In this document: positions 17,701 to 26,257 of the stretch, in pieces | How positions within the stretch are numbered: the first letter of the stretch is position 1 | Layout of the letters: every line of letters begins with the position of its first letter | From: an uncultured Candidatus Poseidoniales archaeon | GTDB lineage: Archaea; Thermoplasmatota; Poseidoniia; Poseidoniales; Thalassarchaeaceae | NCBI GenBank assembly: GCA_964563355.1 | Contig: CAZLVU010000002.1 | Coordinates: 3,805-67,804 of the forward strand | Direction: 5' to 3' | DNA: 64,000 nucleotides | Made by a program: the position numbers and the translations under genes | The notes under the pieces: generated by a model | Databases searched by the model: none | What the model was told of the DNA's origin: nothing | The model's input: only the letters and a program-made list of their open reading frames with translations

Positions 17701-20700
17701 GGTGGATATCAGAGCCGAGCTTTGGGAGGACGAGGACGAGGACGGTGTCGGTGACCAACCTCTGGGCTTTGGAGCATACACCTTCGACGGGCCCTGTGAG
17801 GAGCCGCCCTCCCCATTCACATTGTACTATGATGGCAACGAGTACGAGGTCGATTCCATCAACAACTCAGATATGGATCATTGCGACGAGTATGAAGACG
17901 GCTGGGAGTGCTGGTTCGACAACAACGGCGACGGCTACTGGGACGAAGTGCACTGGTTCGAGGACTGTGCCAACGGAACCGACGGCTGGGAATGCTTGGC
18001 TGGCTGGGAATACCCCTACATAGACCCGGGCAACCACTCTATGACTCTCGACATGGAGGGCCTGCAAGCGGGCACCTCGTACGGGTTGGAAATCGATATC
18101 CACATAGGCACCCAGTTTGGGAGCGAGCACGAACACGGTTCGTTGGATTTCGACGCCACATCAGACACCTACTCCACCTCCGGGTACATCGAGACCAGCA
18201 ACTACACCTGCTTCATGTTCTTCAACGTCAAACTTTTCGAGAACGACACGGACGGCTGGCATCACTTCCTCTTCGAAGATGGGTTCTTGTTCATGGGACC
18301 CTGCGAGGAGCAACCCTCGCCGTTCACACTGGTCTTGGAGGGCGAAGAGTACGAGCCCGATCAGAATGTATTCACAGATATGGATCATTGCGAAGAGTTG
18401 GATGGCGGCTGGGAGTGCTACTACGACTACGACGGCGATGGCTGGATTGACGATTGGGGCTGGTACGAGGACTGTGCCAATGGAACCGACGGCTGGGAGT
18501 GCATTGCGTACGAACCCCCTCAGCTGGAGGCTGGAACCTACTCCGGCTGGCTAGAGGTAGAAGGCCTCGAGGCGGATGGCAACTACGTCCTAGAGTGGCG
18601 CGACAGGAGATGCGCCTGGGGTGGCGGCTGCGAGGAAGTGGAAGGTGACTGGGGAGGCCCGTTCAACTACTCGGCCCTCTGGGATTACAACGCCTCCTCG
18701 GAGATTTGGACTCACGATAACTTCTGGATTGGTCTGGACAACGACACCTGCGATTACTTTGCCGAATTCTCGCTCCGCGAGGTTGAGTGGGACGACGAGA
18801 CCGGCGACTGGTTTGCCACGAATCACCTCTGGTTCGAGGTCTTCCACTGGTTTGGGCCGTGCGAGGAGCCGGAGTCGCCATTCACCCTGTACGTCGACAG
18901 CAACGAGTACGAGATGGTCCCGATCAACATGACTGGTTTGGATGAGTGCATTTTCTACGAAGACGAGGTCTTCGAGTGGTTCGATTGCTGGATCGGCTAT
19001 GACTGGGACGGCGACGGGGAGGACGACTGGCAAGACTGGTATACATTCGACGAATGCACCAACGGGACCGACGGATGGGAGTGCGTGGAATGGATGGATC
19101 ACCCCGGGATAGACCCGGGCAACCACACGATGGATCTGGACATTGGGGATCTAGCGGTCGACGGGAGCTACAAGATCAACATCGAATCGGGGGTATGCGA
19201 GGAAATGATCGGGTGCGAACATGATTGGGAAGAGCTAATCTTCAACGCGACGTCTGCGAACGAGGCCTTCTCGTTCTTCCTGGATACCGACGAGTACACC
19301 TGCCATGTTGGTCTGGACGTGCACCTGTACGAGGTGGGCTGGGACGACAACGGCAACTGGTGGTACGACCGCCACGTCTACGGCGAACACTTCGCCTTCA
19401 TTGGACCCTGCGAGGAGCGCCCTGCTCCTGCAGACCTGTATCACGACGGTGTGCTTTGGGAAGAAATCGTCCACTACGACCAGTTCGACGACTGCCAGGA
19501 TCGCGGGAACAACGAGTTCGAATGCCAGAACGAGGGCTGGGGCCATTGGGAATGGCGCCAAAACTGCGAGGAGCAGGCCGACGGCACTTGGATGTGCGAG
19601 GGATTCCGTCAGTTGCCGGCACTTGCGCCGGGCATGCACGACATGCTGTGGAACGTCACTCTAATCGACCTAGCCGCCTCCACCAGCTACGTCTTCTTCT
19701 GGGAGACGACGCACTGCGAGAACAGGCTGGGCTGCGAGGAGATTGATCAGGGAGAGGAATGGTGGAACAACTCGGACGAGTACCACGACATCTCCTGGTC
19801 GCTCGAGACCAGCAACTACACCTGTGACGTCGAAGTTCGAGGGATCTTGGTTGACGCCTCTGACGGTGAAGAGGAGATGGATGAGGATGACCTGATCGGA
19901 ATCGGGTTCTACAAATTCAGGGGGCCCTGCGAGGAGCCGCCCTCCCCGGTGTCACTGTACACTGACGGGGATTTGTGGGAGTTTATCGTCCACTACGACC
20001 AGTTCGACGACTGCCAGGATCGCGGGAACAACGAGTTCGAATGCCAGAACGAGGGCTGGGGCCATTGGGAATGGCGCCAAAACTGCGAGGAGCAGGCCGA
20101 CGGCACTTGGATGTGCGAGGGATGGCACCAGGCCCCCGAGATAGGCCCGGGCAACCACTCAATGACGTGGGAGATTGAAGCCGAGGCGAATACATCCTAC
20201 ATGATTATGTGGGAAACTTACCACCACATGGCCGGTGAAGACTGGCAATACGGCTCCTACGATGCAGACTGGGGGACGACCTGGACGACCTGGAACCTGG
20301 AAACTTACAACAGCACTTGCAACCTCGACATCCATTACGATCTGTACGAGTCCATAGATTACGATGGAGACGGAGAAATTGATGAATATTTCCATTTGTG
20401 GAACGATTGGATATCGTTCAGGGGGCCCTGCGAGGAGCCGCCCGTCCCCATCTACCTCTGGTACGACGGTACCGAGCACGAGCAGATAGAGGGGCTAGAA
20501 TCCTGGGATGAATGCCAGATGGATTATGGCGATTACCGCTGCTGGGACTATGATGGTGGAGATGAATGGTACGACGACTGTGAATACAGCGACGAGGACG
20601 AGGTGTGGTACTGCATCGAGGAGGAGGATCCGGACTTGACGGAGGGCGCTCACAGCATGGTATGGGAGCTGACCGATCTCGAAGTGGACGTCAACTACAC

Positions 20701-23206
20701 CTTGAGTTGGTGCGTTGAACAATGGTCTCTCTTCTACGAGGAAGACGGGGGCTGCGATGATGAGAGCTTCGACGCGACGAACGACTGGCAGGAGATCGCC
20801 TGGGACCTCACTGTATCCAACTACACCTGCGAGGTAGAAATCTTGGTCGAGCTTTCCTCCGAGGTCGATTGGTTCTATACATACTTCCACTTCAACGGGC
20901 CCTGCGAGGTTCCCCCCATGATCGACATCACCGTCGAGATCGACGAAGACGGCACGATGGTTGAGCTGGGTGGGGTTCCGATCGAAGTAGTTGCCAGCAA
21001 CGACGGCGGGGACGATTTGATGCCGGAAGACCTTGTTGGCTTCACAGATTACCACATCGACGCCGGCAACCACAACCTCACGATTACCTTCCACGACCTA
21101 GTTGTCGACGACGAATACGAATACTGCGTCGAGTCAGGGGAATGGAACAGCGATGGCGAGGAAGTCGATTCATGCGAGAGCTTCGTAGCCGACTCCACGA
21201 CCTACCAAGTAGACCTCATGACTACAGTGCACCCGGAGGCGTGCTTCTGGGTCGTAGCGGCTTGGCTTGGAAACGAAAGCAGGATGGTTGGATGGTTCGG
21301 AGCGGTCATGTACGGACCGAACTTCGAGAACTGCCAGCCAGAAACCAACGTCTTCGAAATCCTCGAAGAATTGGTCATCGAGGAAGAGTACTGGGGCGAC
21401 CTCGCGGAGGTGAGTGACAGCAGCGTCATGCACGTCCTGGAGCAAGTAAGGATCCTCCACGACGACATCAGGATGAAGATCGACTATGACTTCGGCGATG
21501 GCGATGGCTCACTGAACGAGTCCGAGGCCATGATGTTCGACGAGATGATTAGCCAAATGTTCGCCGGGCAACCCGGATGGGACGGGAACTGCTCCACCGA
21601 GGAGGACTTCGGGCCTCAGGACTTCACCATGAACGGCGAGTCCGCATCCTGCGTGACCGGCCACATGTGGTTCGAGAACCTGGCCAACGGGTCCGAAGGG
21701 GCGCCGGCCTGGCACATAGCGTTCGACACCACCTACAACGTCACAGCCAACGCAGACGGCCAGTACATCTGGAGCTACGAAGGGGACGAAGCTCACGATG
21801 CGGGCGGCTGGAATGCCACGTTTTGCGGCGTCACGAGCGCCCTGGGTTACGCAATAGAGTACTGGACCCACAATGGGACCGCCATGACTGACTGCCTCTC
21901 GATTTTGGCCGGGGAGTTGGTAGGGCCTATCGAAGTAGTTTGGGGCGTGGACACCGACGCTGACGGCATCGCCGACGCGAACGACCTGGACGACGACGGC
22001 GACGGCGTCGCCGATGACCAGGACGCGTTCCCCCTCGATGAGAGCGAGTGGTCCGACAACGACGGCGACGGGATCGGCGACAACGCCGACACCGACGACG
22101 ACAATGACGGCGAGAGCGACAACGAGGACAGGTTCCCCAACGACCCCAGCGAGTGGGACGACACCGACGACGACGGGGTCGGCGACAACGCCGACGACTT
22201 CCCGTTCGACCCGACAGAGACCACCGACACCGACGGCGACGGCTGGGGCGACAACTCCGACGCCTTCCCCAACGACGGCACGGAGTGGGTCGACACCGAC
22301 GGCGACGGGACCGGCGACAACGCTGACACCGACGCCGACGGCGACGGCATCGACGACGACGCAGAGGACAGCGACGGAGACGGCGTGTACGACGACCAGG
22401 ACGCCTTCCCGTTCGACGCCAACGAGACCACCGACACCGACGGCGACGGCGTGGGCGACAACGGGGACGCGTTCCCCAACGACGCCAACGAGACCACCGA
22501 CACCGACGGCGATGGGATCGGCGACAACTCGGACGAGGACGCCGACGGCGACGGGGAGCCCAACGACCTGGACGACTTCCCGCTGAACGGACAGGAGTCC
22601 ACCGACACGGACGGCGACGGGGTCGGCGACAACGAGGACGAATTCCCCAACGACGCCACCGAGACCACCGACACGGACGGCGACGGGGTCGGCGACAACG
22701 CGGACACCGACGACGACGACGATGGCGTGATGGACGACCAAGACGCGTTCCCGCTGGATGCCACCGAGAGCGCGGACACCGACGGGGACGGCACGGGGGA
22801 CAACGCAGACGCGTTCCCCAACGACCCTATGGAGAGGCAGGACGCCGACGGGGACGGGGTGGGCGACAACGCCGACCCGTTCCCCAGCAACCCCTCCGAG
22901 TGGGCTGACTCCGACGGGGACGGGACGGGGGACAACTCCGACGCCTTCCCCAACGACGCCACCGAGATAGTAGACTCCGACGGGGACGGCGTCGGCAACA
23001 ACGCAGACGCATTCCCCAACGACTCGACCGAGACAAAGGACTCGGACGGCGACGGCGTGGGGGACAACGCCCAGGCTGCCAACGTTTCACCACCAGTGGT
23101 GGTTGAGGAAGAGGATGGCGGTCTGCTACCCGGTTTCTCCGCTCTCATGGGAGTGGTCTCGATGCTGGGCGCAGCGGTGCTGATCGCTGGACGACGCAAG
23201 GATTGA
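14741..23206 (+). CDS. Giant (2821 aa) acidic cell-surface protein: signal peptide, Cys-rich repeat modules, PBP1 domain, TSP3 calcium-binding repeats, PGF-CTERM anchor
   Basis: The signal peptide is SLSICLLMVLSALGPIAISAAA. GPCE-ending modules recur. A LIVBP-like domain sits at about nt 16289-17296. DxDxDGxGDNxD repeats span 21950-23071. The C-terminus is LLPGFSALMGVVSMLGAAVLIAGRRKD. It is a single uninterrupted ORF. Confidence 0.9.
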   Translation: MYSSVRKTRSLSICLLMVLSALGPIAISAAADHEEEHDWGENVSLYIESSDGAQEEIFPGWHYLSDGTYNMTIEYEGLEVGSNYSLRWWNHGGINEDYGDLEGVVNSSSVTDTWQMEVSNFDCRWNVDIEVINNTDGAWQYNEGYVFEGDCDEYGSLVPSAEINGTWVSEPDEMEAGDYNMSWGVSSLTAGEEYKLDFWYYLSHDRIYYGDMETGEFDHSWTASGTDETVEWNVSITDFHCTLQTEAVLWQNTSTGWDVVDQYWVGSWSEVIMLPCEDRMTAWLWADLDGDGIEEQNALANHGDRDYRDDYYHDVDCTYNSPTEEWACDDYGDAFPPAVEYYDYCYEYGEDEETGNALLACNNHYPAEHLEAGSYNVTLEIRGLEVGDDYWLSGELWEHGFWSGSNNYYELDFTAPTEEVAETVVLVISNHTCQYGFDLTLHNNLSDGAGNWHNMYLENLGVHVFGPCEETPAPFTLTYDNVVWEPEWQYEEFDECEEIDGGYECWNNGSWGYQEDVPIAFLYDMSGPIAFYAPGFLSSAEIAIEHLNDNQDIYNFSLEEYDTGCDGSTAAIAAQDAVDDGIELVVGALCSGASMGANSILSSYGIPHISPTSSSPDLSDSSSYPGFFRVFASDDMGGHAMADLVRGSNSSSPAVLYSGGDSYLGNIAETFIEDYEDGGGSICAELDVALGETDLSDEAQTLTDDSCDSVVMVTYADTAGPMLTELGDDGWSGEMFTHAVTAYEIGANMNDASDADGLQFVDPAVGASDSERAEAFSEDCDNDSDCSNGIYTYENYDAFSVLAESFLLASAWGMPLEEAIHAVGYGWDGASSVVTFNDDGDVGGNGYDLCDLEYDSSNGSLVSGCDGHWDPPGFYYNANEVIDVYDVINGGSWFEECDDSSGVWICQTWWGWDNPDIDPGNHSMSWNITDLIDGVNYLFEYHVGIDTAMYGWEYGDVSHSFEASGNGQSDATHEIDWFLETDEYTCMVDIRAELWEDEDEDGVGDQPLGFGAYTFDGPCEEPPSPFTLYYDGNEYEVDSINNSDMDHCDEYEDGWECWFDNNGDGYWDEVHWFEDCANGTDGWECLAGWEYPYIDPGNHSMTLDMEGLQAGTSYGLEIDIHIGTQFGSEHEHGSLDFDATSDTYSTSGYIETSNYTCFMFFNVKLFENDTDGWHHFLFEDGFLFMGPCEEQPSPFTLVLEGEEYEPDQNVFTDMDHCEELDGGWECYYDYDGDGWIDDWGWYEDCANGTDGWECIAYEPPQLEAGTYSGWLEVEGLEADGNYVLEWRDRRCAWGGGCEEVEGDWGGPFNYSALWDYNASSEIWTHDNFWIGLDNDTCDYFAEFSLREVEWDDETGDWFATNHLWFEVFHWFGPCEEPESPFTLYVDSNEYEMVPINMTGLDECIFYEDEVFEWFDCWIGYDWDGDGEDDWQDWYTFDECTNGTDGWECVEWMDHPGIDPGNHTMDLDIGDLAVDGSYKINIESGVCEEMIGCEHDWEELIFNATSANEAFSFFLDTDEYTCHVGLDVHLYEVGWDDNGNWWYDRHVYGEHFAFIGPCEERPAPADLYHDGVLWEEIVHYDQFDDCQDRGNNEFECQNEGWGHWEWRQNCEEQADGTWMCEGFRQLPALAPGMHDMLWNVTLIDLAASTSYVFFWETTHCENRLGCEEIDQGEEWWNNSDEYHDISWSLETSNYTCDVEVRGILVDASDGEEEMDEDDLIGIGFYKFRGPCEEPPSPVSLYTDGDLWEFIVHYDQFDDCQDRGNNEFECQNEGWGHWEWRQNCEEQADGTWMCEGWHQAPEIGPGNHSMTWEIEAEANTSYMIMWETYHHMAGEDWQYGSYDADWGTTWTTWNLETYNSTCNLDIHYDLYESIDYDGDGEIDEYFHLWNDWISFRGPCEEPPVPIYLWYDGTEHEQIEGLESWDECQMDYGDYRCWDYDGGDEWYDDCEYSDEDEVWYCIEEEDPDLTEGAHSMVWELTDLEVDVNYTLSWCVEQWSLFYEEDGGCDDESFDATNDWQEIAWDLTVSNYTCEVEILVELSSEVDWFYTYFHFNGPCEVPPMIDITVEIDEDGTMVELGGVPIEVVASNDGGDDLMPEDLVGFTDYHIDAGNHNLTITFHDLVVDDEYEYCVESGEWNSDGEEVDSCESFVADSTTYQVDLMTTVHPEACFWVVAAWLGNESRMVGWFGAVMYGPNFENCQPETNVFEILEELVIEEEYWGDLAEVSDSSVMHVLEQVRILHDDIRMKIDYDFGDGDGSLNESEAMMFDEMISQMFAGQPGWDGNCSTEEDFGPQDFTMNGESASCVTGHMWFENLANGSEGAPAWHIAFDTTYNVTANADGQYIWSYEGDEAHDAGGWNATFCGVTSALGYAIEYWTHNGTAMTDCLSILAGELVGPIEVVWGVDTDADGIADANDLDDDGDGVADDQDAFPLDESEWSDNDGDGIGDNADTDDDNDGESDNEDRFPNDPSEWDDTDDDGVGDNADDFPFDPTETTDTDGDGWGDNSDAFPNDGTEWVDTDGDGTGDNADTDADGDGIDDDAEDSDGDGVYDDQDAFPFDANETTDTDGDGVGDNGDAFPNDANETTDTDGDGIGDNSDEDADGDGEPNDLDDFPLNGQESTDTDGDGVGDNEDEFPNDATETTDTDGDGVGDNADTDDDDDGVMDDQDAFPLDATESADTDGDGTGDNADAFPNDPMERQDADGDGVGDNADPFPSNPSEWADSDGDGTGDNSDAFPNDATEIVDSDGDGVGNNADAFPNDSTETKDSDGDGVGDNAQAANVSPPVVVEEEDGGLLPGFSALMGVVSMLGAAVLIAGRRKD
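16289..17296 (+). other. Type-1 periplasmic-binding-protein (Leu/Ile/Val-BP / ANF-receptor-like) domain embedded in the giant protein
   Basis: The region reads VPIAFLYDMSGPIAFYAPGFLSSAEIAIEHLN...YDTGCDGSTAAIAAQDAVDDGIELVVGALCSGASMGANSILSSYGIPHISPTSSSPDLSD..YPGFFRVFASDDMGGHAMADLV....GWDGASSVVTFNDDGDV. This follows the PBP1 motif order as I know it. Confidence 0.7.
17340..20910 (+). repeat. Seven tandem coding modules of about 158-186 aa, each ending in GPCEE(P)P.P(F)TL
   Basis: GPCE codons start at 17789, 18296, 18854, 19403, 19922, 20423 and 20897, giving spacings of 474-558 bp. Recurrent DNA strings include catagacccgggcaaccactc and gaggactgtgccaa(c/t)ggaaccgacggctggga. More degenerate copies lie at 14850-16150, with a GPCEE at 16135. 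Confidence 0.85.
21950..23071 (+). repeat. Thrombospondin-type-3-like calcium-binding repeat tract (about 25 DxDxDGxGDNxD units)
   Basis: Units such as DTDGDGVGDNADAFPNDANETT repeat throughout. At the DNA level gacaccgacggcgacgg.gt.ggcgacaac recurs. Confidence 0.85.
23123..23203 (+). other. PGF-CTERM archaeal sorting signal
   Basis: The terminal 27 aa are LLPGFSALMGVVSMLGAAVLIAGRRKD. They consist of a PGF tripeptide, a hydrophobic helix and a basic tail at the extreme C-terminus. Confidence 0.75.
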
Positions 23207-23236
23207 GCGGCCCTCGCCCAAGCGTGGGGGCCCTCA

Positions 23237-24364
23237 ATGCCCGTAGAGCCGCATGGAAGTGGCCATATGGGGGTGAACAGCGGTTTTACCCTCCCTAGGA
23301 CGGGGGTAGAGCTACGCAACCGGACCGTCTTGGCTGCCATGACCAACAAGCAGTCTGAGCAGAACGGTACCCTCTCCGACGCCGAGATAGGATGGCTACT
23401 CAGACGCGCTGAGGGCGGATTCGGAATCGTGACCACCGCAGCCAGTCACGTCCACCCGGGCGGGAAGTCATGGGAGGGAGAGATGGGAGTGTGGGGTGAC
23501 CACCAGATTCCGAGACTGGCAGAGCTGGCTGAAGGGATCAGGGACCGTGGAGCAGTCAGCCTAGCCCAAGTCTTCCACGGAGGACTCAGGGCGCCCAGGT
23601 CGCTGACTGGGGAGCAGCCGGTGTCAGCCAGCGAGAATCTGGAGGACGGTGTCGAGGAGTTGTCCAGAGAGCTCTCGGGCTTCGAGATCACCGAGCTGGT
23701 CGACGCGTTTGCCCGCGCAGCAGAGCGTTGCGAGAGGGCCGGCTTCGACGGCGTAGAGGTCCACGGGGCTCACGGCTACCTGATCTGCCAGTTCCTCGGC
23801 GAGAAGACAAATAGGAGGAGCGACAGATGGGGCGGAGACCTCATTGGAAGGTCACGGTTCCTGAGAGAGATAGTCAGGGCTATACGCGGCAGGACTACGG
23901 AGTCGTTTCTCGTGTCAGTCAGAATATCACCGCAGATTAGCAGTATCGGAGTCTCAATGGGGGACAGCATCGAGCTGTCTAGGATGCTGGTCGACTGGGG
24001 CGTGGACATCATCCACATCTCCTGCTGGGACGCCTTCGTAGGTGCTGAGGGCGAGCCCGAGGACCCGAGGACCATTACCCGCAGATTCCGGGAGGCTATC
24101 CCGCCTGCGTACCCGCTTCTCTCCACGGGCTCGATCTGGACCGAGGAGGATGCCGAGTTCGTATTGGGCGAGGGAGCCGACTTGGTAGGAGTGGCAAGAG
24201 TTGCGATAGCCCATCCGAACTGGGCCAGCAAGCTCGGGGAAGGGGGATACGAGCCCAACCGCCCTCCATTCACCCCGGAGCACCTGCTGGACGCTGGCCT
24301 CAGCCCGGTATTCATCGATTACATGAGGAGATGGAAGGGGTACGTAACGGATGGCAGGGAGTAG
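23237..24364 (+). CDS. NADH:flavin oxidoreductase (Old Yellow Enzyme family)
   Basis: Matching segments are LRNRTVLAAMT, GFDGVEVHGAHGYLICQFL, NRRSDRWGG and ADLVGVARVAIAHPNW. Confidence 0.9.
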   Translation: MPVEPHGSGHMGVNSGFTLPRTGVELRNRTVLAAMTNKQSEQNGTLSDAEIGWLLRRAEGGFGIVTTAASHVHPGGKSWEGEMGVWGDHQIPRLAELAEGIRDRGAVSLAQVFHGGLRAPRSLTGEQPVSASENLEDGVEELSRELSGFEITELVDAFARAAERCERAGFDGVEVHGAHGYLICQFLGEKTNRRSDRWGGDLIGRSRFLREIVRAIRGRTTESFLVSVRISPQISSIGVSMGDSIELSRMLVDWGVDIIHISCWDAFVGAEGEPEDPRTITRRFREAIPPAYPLLSTGSIWTEEDAEFVLGEGADLVGVARVAIAHPNWASKLGEGGYEPNRPPFTPEHLLDAGLSPVFIDYMRRWKGYVTDGRE

Positions 24365-24381
24365 CGTGCAGCGTCCGCCAT

Positions 24382-26070
24382 CTACGATTTCGTCAAGTGT
24401 ACCATTATGGCCGTCTGAATGAGTGACAATAGGGCAGCCCACCAGATCCAAATTGGCAGTCCCAGAGCCCATGGAGAACCCTCCTCCCACCACCAGTAGT
24501 CATGCGCCAGTACGAACACGCACAGCAGAGGTAGGCTCGAGAGGAGGGGTTGGCGGCTTGGTAACAACAAGGCATCCCATCGAAATGAGCCTGTAGAAGT
24601 TAGTGATTGGCCGATCACCAGCGCAATCACTGCTGCAGCCAATGATGGGATTATCGCCACTGGCATAGCTGGGCCCGCTGGAACTACCCACCAGCCTGCA
24701 TAGGACTCCGGAGAGATTGCGGCCAGCAGTACCATTGCCTCTCCCGCAACTATGGACGCTATCACCGCCCCGGCTCTAATGTCCTTGAAGTGGGCAGCTA
24801 GGAAAACAGATGGGAACAGGACTGCGTACATCGTGAATGCAAGCAGTCCAAGGTCGAGGATGGAGAGTTCGGACCACAACGAAAGCAGCAGCCCTAGCGT
24901 GGCCAATCCAACTATCACGACTTCACGATACCTTGCCCTCCCCCCCGAATTCAAATCGAGCAGATCCCTAGTTACCAGGGATCCTGTTGCGAGCAGCTGT
25001 GAGTCCATTGTCGACATGAGCGCGGCTAAGCCAGCGACTAATACGAGACCTCCCAGCCATTCGCCGCCGGCATTCATAATTTGCATTGGGAGGATGTTGT
25101 CTGAGGCAGCTCTGTCCAGTCCTGAGAATTCCAGATGTCCCAATGCGCCTATTAGGATGGGAGGTAGGAAAGCCAACCAAGCCACAGCCGGGTACAGCGT
25201 TGCCATTGTCCCTATGTCACGGTCGCTGTCAGCGGCGCAGAGCCTCTGATACAGTTGGGGAAACATCGGGTCGGCAAAAATCCACAGTAGCAAGGTGCAA
25301 GACCAGATCAACAGTGAGTAATTGGATTCACGGGAGAGGAGTTGGGGTTCGACTGATGCCAGTTCAGCCATGGCATTACTAATCCCCCCAGCTTCATTCA
25401 CAACTAATGCCAGTCCGACCCAAAGGAGCGCGAGAGCTGCAATCCCTTGGGCTATGTCGGTCCTGACAACCGCCCTGAGGCCTCCGGTGAGGGTGTAAGC
25501 GATGACGAGGATGGTGACAAGGACGGCACCGACCCATTGGGGCCCACCAAACAGGGATGACACCACAATCCCGGCCGCCCTAGGTTGTAGTGCGAGATAG
25601 GGGATTGTAGCTAGGACGAGAACCGATGCCATGGTTCTCTGCGCTTCTTTGGATCCGGTCTGGCCTAGAATCATCTCAGGAGCAGTCATAGCATCATGTT
25701 CAATCGATAATGCGCGGGCTTTCTTACCTAGGAAATACATTGAGACCGCCATGAATCCTGTACCGAATGCCATGATTGGGAGGAATGACAGGCCAATCCT
25801 ATAGGCAGCCCCACTTGATCCGTAGACAGTGAATGCACTGAAATTGGTGGCGGCCATGGTAACCAGGAGAATGGGTCCAGCCAGTCCGCGTCCGGCAAGA
25901 TAGTATGACTCGTCGTCTCTAGATGCATCCTTCCTGGCCCAGATAGCGAACACGAGCATCAAGATGCAGTACGCTCCAACCGAAACCCAAGCCGAGGACA
26001 CGGGTCGTGGGCAGGGGCGATTAGCATTTATCGTGTCTGTAAGAAAATTTCCAAAATGTGGTGTGGCCAT
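24382..26070 (-). CDS. Sodium:solute symporter family (SSS) transporter
   Basis: The N-terminal region reads YYLAGRGLAGPILLVTMAATNFSAFTVYGSSGAAYRIGLSFL. The 562-aa protein is polytopic with about 13-15 hydrophobic helices. Confidence 0.85.
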   Translation of the reverse strand: MATPHFGNFLTDTINANRPCPRPVSSAWVSVGAYCILMLVFAIWARKDASRDDESYYLAGRGLAGPILLVTMAATNFSAFTVYGSSGAAYRIGLSFLPIMAFGTGFMAVSMYFLGKKARALSIEHDAMTAPEMILGQTGSKEAQRTMASVLVLATIPYLALQPRAAGIVVSSLFGGPQWVGAVLVTILVIAYTLTGGLRAVVRTDIAQGIAALALLWVGLALVVNEAGGISNAMAELASVEPQLLSRESNYSLLIWSCTLLLWIFADPMFPQLYQRLCAADSDRDIGTMATLYPAVAWLAFLPPILIGALGHLEFSGLDRAASDNILPMQIMNAGGEWLGGLVLVAGLAALMSTMDSQLLATGSLVTRDLLDLNSGGRARYREVVIVGLATLGLLLSLWSELSILDLGLLAFTMYAVLFPSVFLAAHFKDIRAGAVIASIVAGEAMVLLAAISPESYAGWWVVPAGPAMPVAIIPSLAAAVIALVIGQSLTSTGSFRWDALLLPSRQPLLSSLPLLCVFVLAHDYWWWEEGSPWALGLPIWIWWAALLSLIQTAIMVHLTKS

Positions 26071-26150
26071 CTTCCATAGTCATTGGAAACCATCTCCGCA
26101 AATTTACTATTCAATATCAGTCACGAACTCATCGTCCGGACCGTACTTAG

Positions 26151-26227
26151 TGGCGGACCGTGCAGGATTCGAACCCACGTCTCCGGCTCCGAAGGCCGGA
26201 AGGATATCCAGACTACCCTAACGGTCC
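26151..26227 (-). tRNA. tRNA-Arg (anticodon UCG), CCA encoded
   Basis: The reverse complement is GGACCGTTAGGGTAGTCTGGATATCCTTCCGGCCTTCGGAGCCGGAGACGTGGGTTCGAATCCTGCACGGTCCGCCA. The acceptor is GGACCGT/ACGGTCC. The anticodon stem is CCGGC/GCCGG with loop CTTCGGA. The T loop is TTCGAAT. Confidence 0.9.
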
Positions 26228-26257
26228 ACGAATGGCACCAGCCGGGCCGACCCGTAT

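Noticed and set aside
21509-23436. Long minus-strand ORFs (410 aa and 529 aa) and alternative plus-frame ORFs over the TSP3 repeat tract
   Set aside because: These are shadow frames of the GAC/GGC-rich repeat. Their products are V/G/A or S/P/T homopolymer-like. The sense frame gives canonical DxDxDG calcium-binding repeats continuous with the rest of the giant ORF.
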